A stretch of DNA of 48,539 nt from Octopus bimaculoides (lineage: Eukaryota), in NCBI RefSeq assembly GCF_001194135.2, contig NC_068981.1:51170578-51219116 (forward strand), read 5' to 3'. Shown here piece by piece: positions 12,559-25,514 of the stretch. The notes beneath the pieces were generated by a model that saw nothing but the letters and a program-made list of their open reading frames with translations, made no database searches and was not told where the DNA came from. Within the stretch, counting starts at the first letter, position 1, and every line of letters begins with the position of its first letter. A program made the position numbers and the translations under genes.

Positions 12559-12672
12559 GTAGGTAGGGAGGTACGTACGTACGTACGTACGCGCATGCAC
12601 GCATACATACATACATACATACATACATACATACATACATACATACATACATACATGCATATACATACATTA
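12400..12672. repeat. Short gagttgtgttttcggga tandem plus (GATA)n and (TACA)n microsatellites
   Basis: Directly visible. Confidence 0.95.
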
Positions 12673-12674
12673 CA

Positions 12675-14500
12675 AAACTGTAATGACAGAGGCGCGGGAG
12701 CACAGGAGGAACTTCATTCAATGTGTCTGTACTACAAGAAAGTCTTTGAATCTGTCCCCCATTCATGGATACTAGAACCCCTTCAGCTTGCTAAAGTTCT
12801 AGTGAGCATTGTCAAAGTCATAGTTGACCTGACTTCGTCGTGAGCTACCATCTTGAAGTTGAATACAAGGAGTGATTGTATTATCACTAACAGAATACAA
12901 CATCGCAGAGGTATATTCCACGGGGAGAACCTCTTTGTTATGGCGTTTGTACTTTCTGTAAACCCTTGTCGTTCTTGTTAAAGATGTCTGATGGATATCT
13001 TACTGGTTCATGAGGAAACAGAAGTACCAAAATTACACAGTTTCTTTGTGGATGACTTGAAACTATATGCAAAGATATGCATGAGATGAAAAAGCGTCTC
13101 GACCCGGTTACAACAAAGGATATAGGGTTTGAGTTTGGTCAGGATAAACGTTGCTATATGGTTGTGTAAAGTGGGAAAACTGTAAACCAGGCTAACAGCA
13201 TATCCATCAATGATCTAACTGTTTCTCCTGCATCTGATGAGGACTGTTACAGGTACCTAAGGGTGGATGAAACCATATCTAATGATGGCACCTGCAGCAA
13301 GACCTGTGTCACTAAAGAATATTACAGCCAAATAAAAAAAATATGGATCTGGGAACTCTCTACATTCAATGAAACAGAGGCCCACAATGTGCTTGTTGTG
13401 CCAGTACAAATACCAACATTCTGACTACTTGATTGAATGCTCGATGAACCATTGATGTGAAAACCCGGAAAATGCTAACCAGCACACATAATTTTTGCTT
13501 TAACAGTGATGTAGAGCGATTCTACCTAAAACGAGAACAAGGAAGTGGAGGCGTAACATCACTCCAGACTGCCTTTCAATGTCGTATCATATCCCTTCGG
13601 AAACATCTTTTAACCACCAAATGTCGAAATGCATCCCTTGACCAAGTTTGCATACAGGTGGTTAATAATATCTTGAGACTTGAGAAACAACTTCTTAAGC
13701 AGCATTCCTTGTCTGATAACCTTGAATACATGCCCAAAGAGTCGAACGACTGCAACGTATCATGAGATGAAAGGATGAGAGTATATGAGCAGAAGGGCAT
13801 GTATGGATATGTTAGTAAAAAGCTTCGAGATGATAGTAACATTGATCATCAAAGCAGTCTATCATGGTTCAATAACCGGATAGCTACCTCCTTTGAGGGT
13901 ATGCGATTACAATGCAAGAACAAGAAATGTCAACCAAATATCTGATGCACAAGAGGAACAGAGATGCAAGAAAAGCAGCAAAATGTGACAGCCGATGGGG
14001 ACTTTCTGGCGTCAACACCGAAGACATCACTCACATCATATCTTTTGTCTGAAAATATCATTACTGTATTATCTGCCTATGACACATGGCGTTATGGCTA
14101 AGGCATTGTATAATGTGAGCCGTCTGAGATATAACCCTGATGCCAAAGAAATAAGAACCCACATTATGGTGGAAGACATAGCCAATCATATTAAGAAGGA
14201 GTACTGGTGGAATGTCACAGTAAAATCCTGAATAATATGTAAATATAATACGTAAATATAATATACCTGGCATACAATAAGGAAACTGTGTACAGTTGTG
14301 AAAATCGGTTGCTCAGCGGATGTTAACATAAAGATAAAGATCGGTGAAAAAGAAAATAGCTACGCCGAACTATGGAGATATTCTACAATTACTGTACCAG
14401 GTTTATAACTGTAATTATTGTGGCACCGGGATGTGTAACACGCTGTCTAGATCCAAACCATCAGTGGAACTATAAAAATCTGCAAAACATTCCAGATGTT
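12675..14500 (+). mobile_element. Decayed R4/Dong-like (restriction-like-endonuclease) LINE, RT to 3' end
   Basis: YKKVFESVPHSWILEPLQLAKV; RGIFHGENL; FFVDDLKLYAK; DIGFEFGQDK; EDITHIISFC zinc-knuckle region; VVKIGCSADVN endonuclease region. Confidence 0.75.
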
Positions 14501-14611
14501 TAATATATATGTATATTTGAGCATGTCTATACATGCAGCTATATGCATGAGAATACATACATTAAAAAAACATATAAATATACACATATACATGCATATA
14601 TGCAGAAGACT

Positions 14612-14990
14612 ATGCATGGATATGTTAGTAGAAAGCTCCAAGAATATAGTAACTTTGATCACCAAAGCAGTCTATCATGGACCAGTTGTAGAAATTAGCT
14701 ACCCAGTGGATGTTAACATAAAGCTAAAGACCAGTGAAATAGAGAATACCTACTGCGAACCATTGAGCAATCTGCAGTTACTGTATCCAGATTACAAGTT
14801 CAGGTTTATACCTGTAATTATGTAACACACTGCTTTATACCTGGAATATGTAACACACTGCCTAAATACCAATCTTGAGAAATTAGGCTTCTTGAAGCCA
14901 GAAGGAAGAAAGCTAATTTGAAGACTACAGACCGAATCCCTCACTGAGACTATAAAAATCTGTAAAACTTTCTAGAAGTTTATCATTTAA
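14612..14990 (+). mobile_element. Second, internally deleted 3' fragment of the same LINE family
   Basis: tggatatgttagtagaaagctcc..agtctatcatgg matches 13803-13866, then jumps to VVEISYPVDVNIKLKTSEIENTY..FIPVI matching about 14295-14420; ends in ctataaaaatctg like copy 1. Confidence 0.7.
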
Positions 14991-15072
14991 TTACATATGA
15001 ACATGTCTAGATATGCAACTATATGCATGGGAATACATATATAAAAGAAAACATACATATCTGCACACACAC

Positions 15073-15165
15073 GTACATACATACATACATACATACATAC
15101 ATACATACATACATACATACATACATAAAAACATGCATACATCCATAAATACATACATACATAAT
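15073..15165. repeat. (TACA)n microsatellite
   Basis: Directly visible. Confidence 0.95.
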
Positions 15166-17739
15166 TCAAGTTTATACTATTTCCCTATAGGTGGGAGTGT
15201 TGTGCGATGTATCATGTTGTCATATATATAATATATAGGTTGACATTCTTCTATCACAACGGCACTATGTTACAAGTAGATGAAGTATAATTTGCATTAA
15301 TTATAAATGACTGATTAATAATGCATACGTCTTAAAATGAATGATTAATACAATACTTACAGTTTCAATGTTCTCCATAAAATGCTAAACAGAAAAGTTA
15401 TCTGCATCAAAATAACAATTAGTATTATTATAACTTATGAAACTTTATTAGCTTTGTAATTGGAATAGATTTAATTTATTGTACCTTACAATACTCATAA
15501 ATACAAAATCTATATTTTGTATGATTCCATATGACTATTCATTAAATATTTATCTGCCGTCAACAGATTTATTATAAGATTATAGATGTTTAAATGATGA
15601 TTATATATTCTTCCTGGCATTATTGATCATAATGTTAATAATGTTATTGTTAATGTGTGTAGCAACAATATTCACGGTTAAATTTATTCAGAACAGGAGT
15701 AAGATATCTTACTATTTCGTTGGATTGAATGATAACAGCAAGCTATATAATATTTCAATAGATTCTGAATGAGGGGATATCTAATACATTTTTAGATTTC
15801 CATACCAGACTGAATTATCAGGAAACAGAACGTTGAACATACGCCTAAAGGGCACTGAACTCGCAAATATCGTGATTTTCGTTAACAACAAGGTATCTTG
15901 CATACATAGATCATTATAATTAGGGAATTCATTTGAAGTATAAAGTATACCATATTTCGAGACAAAGACACTAAAGGTTAACCTATCTTACTATCTTAAG
16001 TTGTATTTTATCATTATTAACTATAACATTTCTGACTTAAAACATAGCTACCATTTCTGACTTAGAATATAGTTATCACTTAGTATCGAACATGATCGAT
16101 GGCTTTCGATTCTCCATGATGTTTTTACTGTTGCGATTCCAAAAGTACTCATGAATAAATATTTACTGTGATATTTACATTATTTTGGGAAAATTCAAAA
16201 ATTAAATTAAATGCATATTTGAACCTTGGTCTTCCTGTGAACAATATAAACTTATCTTCTCAAAATAGCTCATCACTTAGTGAACGTGCTTCTTTTTCAT
16301 ATATAAATTTTTACACATTGCTTCTGTCTGTACATTATCTGGAAAATATTCTTTTTAATCATATCGCAAAGATGCAACTGAAAAAATAATGTTCATATTT
16401 TTCACGAAACTGAAAAATCAATATTACAGCCCATTACTCTTTATATACTGAGTTAAACCTGTTTCCTATCTGCAACTATTTCATTTCATTTCAAAGTTTC
16501 AGCTCAGAGCTGCGGCCATGCTGATGCACCACCGTGTACTATTTGAATATAATGAACATATAACACTTACTGTAAAAATATTCTTATTTATACTTAAATG
16601 TATGTGCTCCTGATTATGTATGTATTGTTTTTACGTATTTCTCTACCATTGAATTTGTGTACTAAATTTCCTTTTGTAAAATGACAGACATAATGGAATA
16701 TCACAGTCTATGGAACATAATGACTTGATGCGTAAGGTGTTTATAACGAAATACGTCACAATTTAAACTCTAATTCATATCTACTGAAGCTTAATTACAA
16801 AACAGTCATGCAATTAATCTTACACCCATTATAGAACTGTTTTAATACTTCGCTTACACTTGAATACTTGATTTGAATCAAATCTCAGATTCATATACTT
16901 TAACACAGAAGCCGAGGAAGATGGATACCTATGAAATTCCGCCGAGTGTGTGTTTCTTTTAGTTGTCTTAAACTGATAATGTTAACGTCTAATGTCATTT
17001 ACATTAAAGACTAAGCATTTAATTTATAATTTGATTCATGTGTTTATTTCTTGTTGCAAACATCGAAAGATTTATGATGAACAAAACTAAAATAGCTCAT
17101 CCCATTTGTGATACCTAGATGGAGTACTGAATTATCAGTACAGTTAAAATATCAGAAAAATTTAAAGTGTCTAAATAGAGGAGACAGAATGCAGTCGTTG
17201 CTTTATGGAATCAATTCCACAGTCGTTCGTGTCTCTCAATGAGCCTAATTTATGTTTTTTTCTTATCTCAAATTTGTACTATAAATATACAATAGGATTT
17301 ACATTAGTCCTAAATCCATAAACTGCAACTTGTGTTAAGATAGTAACACTCTATACATGAAGTCTTGAAACAGAGGCCCTCTTATGGACTTTGAAGAATT
17401 CATACGGCATATGGCCAATAAAATGCAGCAATAGATTTTAATTAAGGCAGAATTAAAGAGTTTTTATTTCTATGCTAGATCTGAGACCTTATGTTGAGAC
17501 TAAAACAGCTGTAACGACGTAGAGATATAATAAGCATTTCAAATACACATATATCGCTCTATTCAACATTTAATTTTATATATTTGTTTTACACTTTTAT
17601 ACAGTATTGGGCTAAACCTGATGATTTTTATACCTCCTATTTTTTCGGGAACTGCTTGATATATTCATAAACAGTCAATGGCATGGGACAGCATAAAAAA
17701 CTAAAGCTGTAATTGAAACAGCTGTTCAATGCTCTGTGA

Positions 17740-18050
17740 ATATTCCTAAGGATGTAAGACAGCTGCAACAGAGACTATGAAAGAGCCAAAAAGTGATCCA
17801 TCAGCCCCAATTCTGGCCAGATTTTAACCCCGATTCTAATCCATGGATTACTCTGTGCGAGACACTTGAAAAAGACATAGACGACTCTGCCTGTGGCATC
17901 AAGTCTATCAAGTCTGAGAGTAGCGAAGATCAAAGGGGTGTTCGAAGATCTTGTGAAAGACCCAGTGAGAAAGGAACGCACCAGGTTCTGTAGCCTTTTT
18001 GAGGCCATGATGGAACCGAAGTGTGGCTACTTAAATGTTATCTAGTTTCT
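17740..18050 (+). mobile_element. Tc1/mariner transposase C-terminal relic
   Basis: FWPDFNPDS/NPMDYSV..LEKD..ACG..FEAMMEPKCGY resembles FWPPNSPDLNPLDY.VW..EKD....RLEAVVEAEGGY; frameshifted, no TIR found. Confidence 0.65.
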
Positions 18051-19338
18051 ATTTTTCAATCTTTTGAAATACTTGTATTTCTGGATGGGATATTGTGTTT
18101 TCTTTCTCTTTTATGAAAACTGTGAAACTTAGCTCGAAAACACAGTATATCAACGATTTCTTTGTGTAGTTCCAGTCAGACTTACCTGACAAAAATCTGA
18201 TGACTGTAAAAAGAATTTGATACCACTGAAACTACATTGCTCTTTCACGTAGAAATTTCGGGATAGAAAAATGAACCAAGCCAAGAAGCGATAGGCGAAT
18301 TGTAAGAACCAGACCAGTTGTTTTTAGTGATGTTTGTTCTTGACCTGAGTGTTCTCATTTCAAATCTCGCTACGACTCTCTTGGGTAGACGACTTAATAC
18401 GTGGCCTTATGTAGCAATATCACATTGTTTCTTGTGTGCCGTTAGTGGAGTCCATTCTGTTGCAAGCATTCATGCCTAGCCTTCGATTTGAACATATCTT
18501 TCTCACTACCAACAGTCTGAAAGATTCTGTAACGGATTAGGAACACAATTTTCTATGAGACTAAAAGATAAAAGTATCACTTAATGGAATAATTTAACTG
18601 AAAACATTTCTTAGTTATGACTATCATAATAAGAACTGCTCGTTTTAGCGTAGCTTGAGAAGCGCACTGTATTTTATTTACTACCAGATGTCGTCAATTC
18701 TCTTTTACTGTTCTATCAAAGACGTTTGTGATTTCAATGTAATTTCACCGTAATGCCTACGGTAAAATTATTCTCTTATATTTAAAGCCTCATTACCAGT
18801 GTTATTGTGGTCGAGAATAGCAGCAATACATATTTTCAAGTAACATGTTCCCATGGCCATTCAGTGGAAATTTCCCATCATTTATACATACTTACAATTT
18901 CCATATATTCCCAATAGCTATACATTTGCTGTTTCTCTTGTAAAAGTGTCGAAAAGATTATATGCTACAAGTGTTTCTAGTTATAGAATTTCTATAAATC
19001 TCATTCAACATGAAATTTGTTCAACTTTCACATAGCAACGATTTTTTTTTCAAATAAATGATTGAACTAAAAATATTAAAACGTGTTTAGTGCATATTTC
19101 TCTCCAAATCTACTAAAAAAGTAAACACAAAATATACATAAATTCGTGCAGATTTGCCGAAAATTTAATGCATAGACATATGAATTGAAATATGCGTTTA
19201 TAAGTGCATTAATGGGTGAATATGCTCTGAACAGTGGATAAACTAAAGAAATCGATTGAAGGCACTTTTATGACTACGAAAATCGTGACGCACTTGCTAT
19301 GACTAGAAATTAATATCAAAACAGAGCTTATTACTTAC

Positions 19339-22300
19339 AGCTGAAGAGACAACAGTTATAAACATTCGAGGATATCCCAAACAAAAGTTTTCAAGAAATA
19401 TTTATGAGTGCTGTAGGTCAATGTATGCAAAAACAAATGCAGAGAAGGATGTAATAATAGAGAATATTATGTCAGAAGAAATTACTGAAAAAGTGTTCTG
19501 TGCGGGAACTTGTGGGTATATTGTGTCTGTGATTTGCCACATGCGAAGGCTAAGGTATTAGAGTTGCAAGTAATAAAGAAAAGAGAGAATAATATAGTTT
19601 TACAGTAGTTGCAACGTACTAAATAGTCAGTATTTAACAGTCAATCGAATAATCATTATTCTTTAGATGTGGTTTCGGAATTTCTTAGCTGAAACAACAC
19701 CGTTCGCCATACATTAGTTTATTATGAGAGTCACTTGTGCTTTCTAGATGACCAGCTACAGATCAGACATGAATCACTTCTAGAAATAAAGAAGCTCAGT
19801 CGTTAAAATACGCATTTGGAAACTTTCTAGAGATCTAGAGATCAGTGGATGTTGTAAAACATAGTGTGTGAAAAGATGAAAGCCTGTTTACTTGATATGC
19901 GTAATGCTTATAATGATTTTTGAAAGGCATTTCGGTGCAAGTTTGTCAAGGTATATATTATTGTTATTGACTCATTGAATCGATTGACGTTTAGTGTAGA
20001 GCTATAGTGTAAATTTTAAAGGATAATGCTTACGTTTTGAAATTTTGGTATAACGAACGAAAGTCGGAATTATAAGTATAGAAATATAGTCATGACTAAA
20101 AGATACAGACAGAAATTTATCAATTTACTGAAGCAAATTGCCATTAGTACCAGAATCATAATCACCGTAATACAGTGCTGTAATACGGTAGTATGAAAGA
20201 AATTCCATCCATGGGATAAGAAACGGGTGACAGGCATAGATATAGAACTTCATTCGGGTACCCTATTTCCTAAGCTGGTTGAAGGTTTTTTCTAAATTTA
20301 AGTGCAACAAACTTCATTTCAAGAAAGTTTTCAATAAGGTAACTGATACATGACTAAGAACAGACAAGTTTAGCAAAACTAGCTTCTAAGTAAACATAGA
20401 TTGGCGATGAGAGATAACTTTCTTTACATAGACGCAGGTTCCAGGTTTAGCCCCACTGCATGCCACCTTGGGCAAGTGTCTTCTATTATAGCCGCGCGCC
20501 GTTTAAAGCCTTGAACGGATCTGGTAGACAGAAGCTGAAAGAAATCTATTGTGTATATGTATGTATGTGCATATATGTGTGTGCGCGCGTGTGTGTGTCT
20601 GTCTGTCTTTGTATCGCACCACCGCTTGGCAACCGGTGCTGGTATGATTACGTCACCGTAAATTAACGGTTCAACAAAAGACGCCGACAGAATAACTACC
20701 AGGTTTTAAAAAAAACACGAACTAAGAACTGGGATCGATTCATTCGACTAAAACAAAACTTCCAATGCAATGCCCCAGCATGGCTGCAGTCTAATGACTG
20801 AAACAAGTAAAAAAAAAATTGCCTCCATTCCGTTCGAAATTGATGATGGGAATGTAATATACGCAGAGAGTTTGTCTTATTTGTGAAGGTTAGACACTGA
20901 AGCATATTAGACTGTGCTTGTTCCAAATGTTTGCCTAGAAAGGTCTATCCTCAATGTTCTCCAAGACAAAGTTCTGTTGTTAAGGCAAATGAAACTTAGG
21001 AAGAATGTGTTGTTTTATGATCACATCATCACTAAAATCGTTGGTTTAGAAGACTCAGTAACCTCTCAACACTGAGCTGGACGTTTACATTTTGGGGTGA
21101 CTCACCTTCTGATCCGAGTCATAAATTGTTTCTACGTGGCTATAAAATCCTGCCGATACTAAAGAGGAACTTCTTGCAATAATTGAAATACATGCTTACA
21201 TAGCTCTGTGAGAACAAAAGAGAGATAAAGTAGTTGAGGTTAATGATTATGTAATATGATTGGAAGAAAAAATATAGCAATTTAAAGAAAAACATTTTTA
21301 GGGAAGTAAAGAGAGAAAGGAATAGAGATTGATCGCATGGAATGGCGTGTATATTCACAGGCTTTTGAATGGGTGAAAATGTAAGAAATTACATAAAGTA
21401 TTTAGTCTTTATTTTGGACTGCATTAAAGAACCGTATTCGTGTTTGGATTTTTATCATATGACATGCAACATTATTATCAAATAATGTTCATTTAAAACT
21501 ATTTGGTACTTTCTTAAGAAAATACCATGATACATATATCAGTGCATATACATGTACTTCTAATTTAACTGAGCTTCCGATCAATATTTACAATGTTTGA
21601 AACGAGACGGCGTCACCTGTTTTTATGACTGCATATTAACGCAATTCGCTGTCATACATTCGTGTATTTTCTGAACTAGCAAAAATATAAGATTTATCCT
21701 GCTAATTGATTTCATTTTATTGCATATTTATGTCAAAACAAGAGTAGAATTTTTTTTTAATATTTAACTTTGGTAAACGGAGATCACGGCTAGAAACCTT
21801 TTAGTGCAACGTTTGATAATAAATATGGAATAGGAATAACCATTTCTCTTTTTCTAAAATCTAAATATAGTTGTTTTTCTGATTTAGAAAACATAAAATC
21901 TTGATAGATCGAAGCAATCAGCTGTTGATACTTCAACCATTACGAGGTCCCTTTTTATACTGGATTATTGTGAGAGTAGATTCTGGAAAGTGGTTCAGTC
22001 TTGTAGAAAACCAGTCTAGTCAATCAGATGCTATTTTAGGGATATATTAAGAAAAGCATATGAAATATAAATATTTTCCAACAAACAAAATAATGAAAAG
22101 TTTTTGAAAGGACTCATGCTATTTTCTTTCATTCTAAATCTTTTAAAACCCCTTAGTTAACTTTGTTATGGGTTATATTTCTGAATTACATATGTTTTTG
22201 CACTTTTTAAAAAGTTCAATATACAGTAACTAATAGATTCTCTATAATATTTGCTATTCTAAGTAATACAAATTCACTTCTATCTCATTGATACTGTTTC

Positions 22301-22604
22301 GTGTGGAAATTTGTAATTTACTTAAATATAACGTTAGGCAGTTGGACGTAATGAATTTATTGGTAAATCGGTATCAATATGAAACTGTATATCTAATAAA
22401 TTTCAAGCACATAGAGGACACCTAAATTTGCGCTGAGAGGAATGACGTCAATACCTGGATATTGAAACACATCTACTAGGACCTCTTCTAGAATACTACT
22501 AGTTCTTGCATATGTAATTAGGGGACAAATTCTACTTAAGCTCTTCAGTGCAATGATAATTACTCTTTCCAAGACAATTACCAACAATGCGCTCATGCTA
22601 TTTC
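19339..22604 (-). pseudogene. Candidate exon chain of an unidentified (pseudo)gene: 22604-22455, 21205-21106, 20291-20166, 19549-19339
   Basis: Each segment has AG/GT boundaries and the phases are compatible (1-1, 1-2, 2-2, 2-0), but the chain holds four in-frame stops and I recognise no homologue. It could be chance. Confidence 0.25.
20432..20820 (+). mobile_element. tRNA-derived CORE-type SINE with internal (TG)n
   Basis: ggttccaggtttagcccc head remnant; ccaccttgggcaagtgtcttctattatagcc (CORE-like); 3' gccccagcatggctgcagtctaatgactgaaacaagt plus A-tail. Confidence 0.75.
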
Positions 22605-25514
22605 CTGAAAGCCGTTGCAGCACAGTTCAATAGGGGAAAATGAATATGAATTAATCCATTTATGATAAATTCGTGCTTTAATGTTAATGGCCGTAACGTA
22701 AGCTATACTGAAGTAGCTGTTGTATTACCATTATGCAACTTATTCTTCGAATCTAAGATGCCAATAGATATATAGAAAATATTTCCTTGAAAGATTTTGT
22801 GAATACATGTGAAATAATATTTAAATAAATATTATCTTATACGAAGCACTTACAAATATACACTTGAATATATATGACTGGAAAACACAGCCATAAATAA
22901 TGCAGTACTTATTGATAGAAATTATAAGTACCGTTGGCGAATGTATTAAGAGAAATGTACATGCTATAAACTCCGTAAAGTTTATTAACTGAAAATATTT
23001 GCTAGTTGAAATCTAATTAGAGGCATTACTTCTAAAAATACCCGCTAAAATAAAATATAAGCATTTGCTTTCATATACTGTCCTGCACTTCTAGTAAATA
23101 TCTATTTGTCATTTTAGGGATAAGAACTAATATTATGATACAGCCTTTAATGATATTAGGAATCTAAACAGAACGTCTATAACATGAACAATAGAGAGAG
23201 AGAAAGAGAGACAGACAGACAGAGGGGGAAAGACAGAGAGAGACCATTTCAGAATATTAGTTTTGCTATGATGAATAATGGCAGCGATGACGTTCTAAAT
23301 AGAATGTTATTATTGAGAGAAAATAGTATAGTGTCGATGAATGAAAGAAATTACTTTTACGATTAGATGTATTTGGGAAAATGCCATACTGTATACAGAG
23401 GCAATGTGTAGACAGAGGAGCAATAGTTGCATCTCACCAAGGCTTGTATCAAATTCTGTGCTTCTATATGCAGAAGCGTATATGTAACACCGTATATGTA
23501 GGTAGGGGATGCTTGAATAAATGAAATTTTCTACGTCTTTTAATGGATTGTGGAAAGAACAATTCTGTTTATTGTTTATGATGTCACATTCCAATACACA
23601 GTAAAGTGCTTAGTTCGTAACCTTCTTCAGCACCAGTATTTATACAATAAGTCATCTTCAATAGATAATTGCCATACCTTAGGTGAGTTATGTATGAGAG
23701 AGCTGTGTACCTACATTCAGTCGGTTTCCTGCAAAATGTCAAACACGTTCTAACTCATTTATGTAATTCTTAGACGTTGGAAAGAAAGAAAACGCAAGCC
23801 ATCCCTTCCTATGTAAATAAGGAGGTGATAACGATTGAAAAAATCTTGGATAATAACTTTTCCGATAGCACAAAGAGAGACAGTAAATAACAAGAGCAGC
23901 AACAGCATCACTGAAACAAGCTCCAACATTTCAAGACAAAAAGCTAATTTTTTATGTGCGTATCTTTATATACATATATATAGAGAGAGAGGGGGGAGAG
24001 AGAGACCACAATACGATTGCATGAATGCATGCATAGATCTATTTATACACGTAATCACACACACACACACATGTTGAACAATTAAATTCACATAAAACCA
24101 TTTCCATATTAAGGTATTTTATATCTGAATAAGGTTTCATTTTATCTATTAGTTATATGTAAAATCAGTTAAACCATAATTAATTTTACGGCACACTAAG
24201 TCACTACTGTTTCAGGTTGGCTTCTCAAGCCCTTTTTTCTCTCATTTTATGTTTATCTTGTGGATGGAGATGAGAGGTTGAAAAGCAAATGTAGTTTAAT
24301 AGATTATTTTGCGGTGTGAAAAACAAAAGAAAATTAGGCATTGTTTGAATCGCTGAGTAGAAATAATGAGTTGATATTATTAAATAAATTGATATTAACT
24401 TGAAACAGGTTTTCCATGCGAAGATACGTGGGGAGAAAAAAGAAATAGAATAAGCAGGTGAAGAAATAGAATAAGGAGGAGAGGAGAAAGTTTTAATTTT
24501 GGTAGATATCAGTCACTTGTCGTGTTCCGGCTACGGTTATACTTCGTGTTTGTTTGAGATGCCAGAAAAGAAAACAAACGGGATAAATAAATTACGTATG
24601 GCACCGTGCAAAAACATCATAGGCACACCGGATATGATATTGCTGACCATGAAAGTAAAACATCGCAATACTATTTGTGTACACAAACTTGTATGACAAA
24701 TGGTAGTGTGCAACAACGCATACTAATTTAAAAGGTATTCGAAATTATGCTGATATGCATGAAGAAAGTAGTTTCATGGAAATTTGGCTGACATAAACGA
24801 TGCGTAAGTATCTTTCTCTAAGTTTGCGTTTATTAAGGTAGAAAAACGTAGAGTTCAGTGCACACACAAGGTAACATGAAACTCATTGGTTATTGTTGGG
24901 AAAAAGATAAGTAGGCCTTGTAAATCGTTTGGCATTTACGGTTGGGTCTGTGCAATTTAATTACTGCAATCGTTTGGGAACGTATCAGCTACGGTGTCAA
25001 ATGTTTTCTTGTAGAATAATAAGTGTGCTTTGTATAGATGTCACTTAGATATATAAGGAAGTTAAAATTGAGAAAGAAATCCTTCAAGTTAATCAAATGA
25101 TAGAAGAACTACGGGAAAGAAAAAGGTAATGATTTATATGCACAGCAGATAATCTTTGACTAGACGGAGAAAAGAGACGACCATGTTCGGAAAAGCAACA
25201 CTTGTAATTTTGGTAGATGTCATCAACCTTGTATTGTAGCTGTAAATTGGTTATATCTGTTGTAAGTAATTAAGGATCAGTTTCATAGGCTATAATGTAG
25301 AATCGTTTATAAATGTATGCAAATAGAGTCGCATTTATATGCTCGTCAGATGGTGAGCAAGTACTCTACTTCACACTGAAAGGTCTCCGCCAGGCATTAC
25401 ATAAAACACTGATGTTCGTACAAACAACGAATATTAGTATTTGATACACAAATGTATACACCCACACACCTGCGCAAACAACACACACATACACGCACAA
25501 ACACATGAATTACA

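Noticed and set aside
19339-20291. Resemblance to ABCA or Patched-family membrane segments
   Set aside because: The two guesses conflict and rest on short by-eye matches.
22393-22623. LERV motif suggesting GPCR TM3 (DRY-like), or Cav S4-S5 if joined to 24570-24750
   Set aside because: Similarity is limited to a few residues, spacing does not fit and no other helices support it; no family assigned.
24499-24810. Possible PAN/Apple-like or transmembrane exon
   Set aside because: Requires frameshifts or arbitrary boundaries; strand unresolved.
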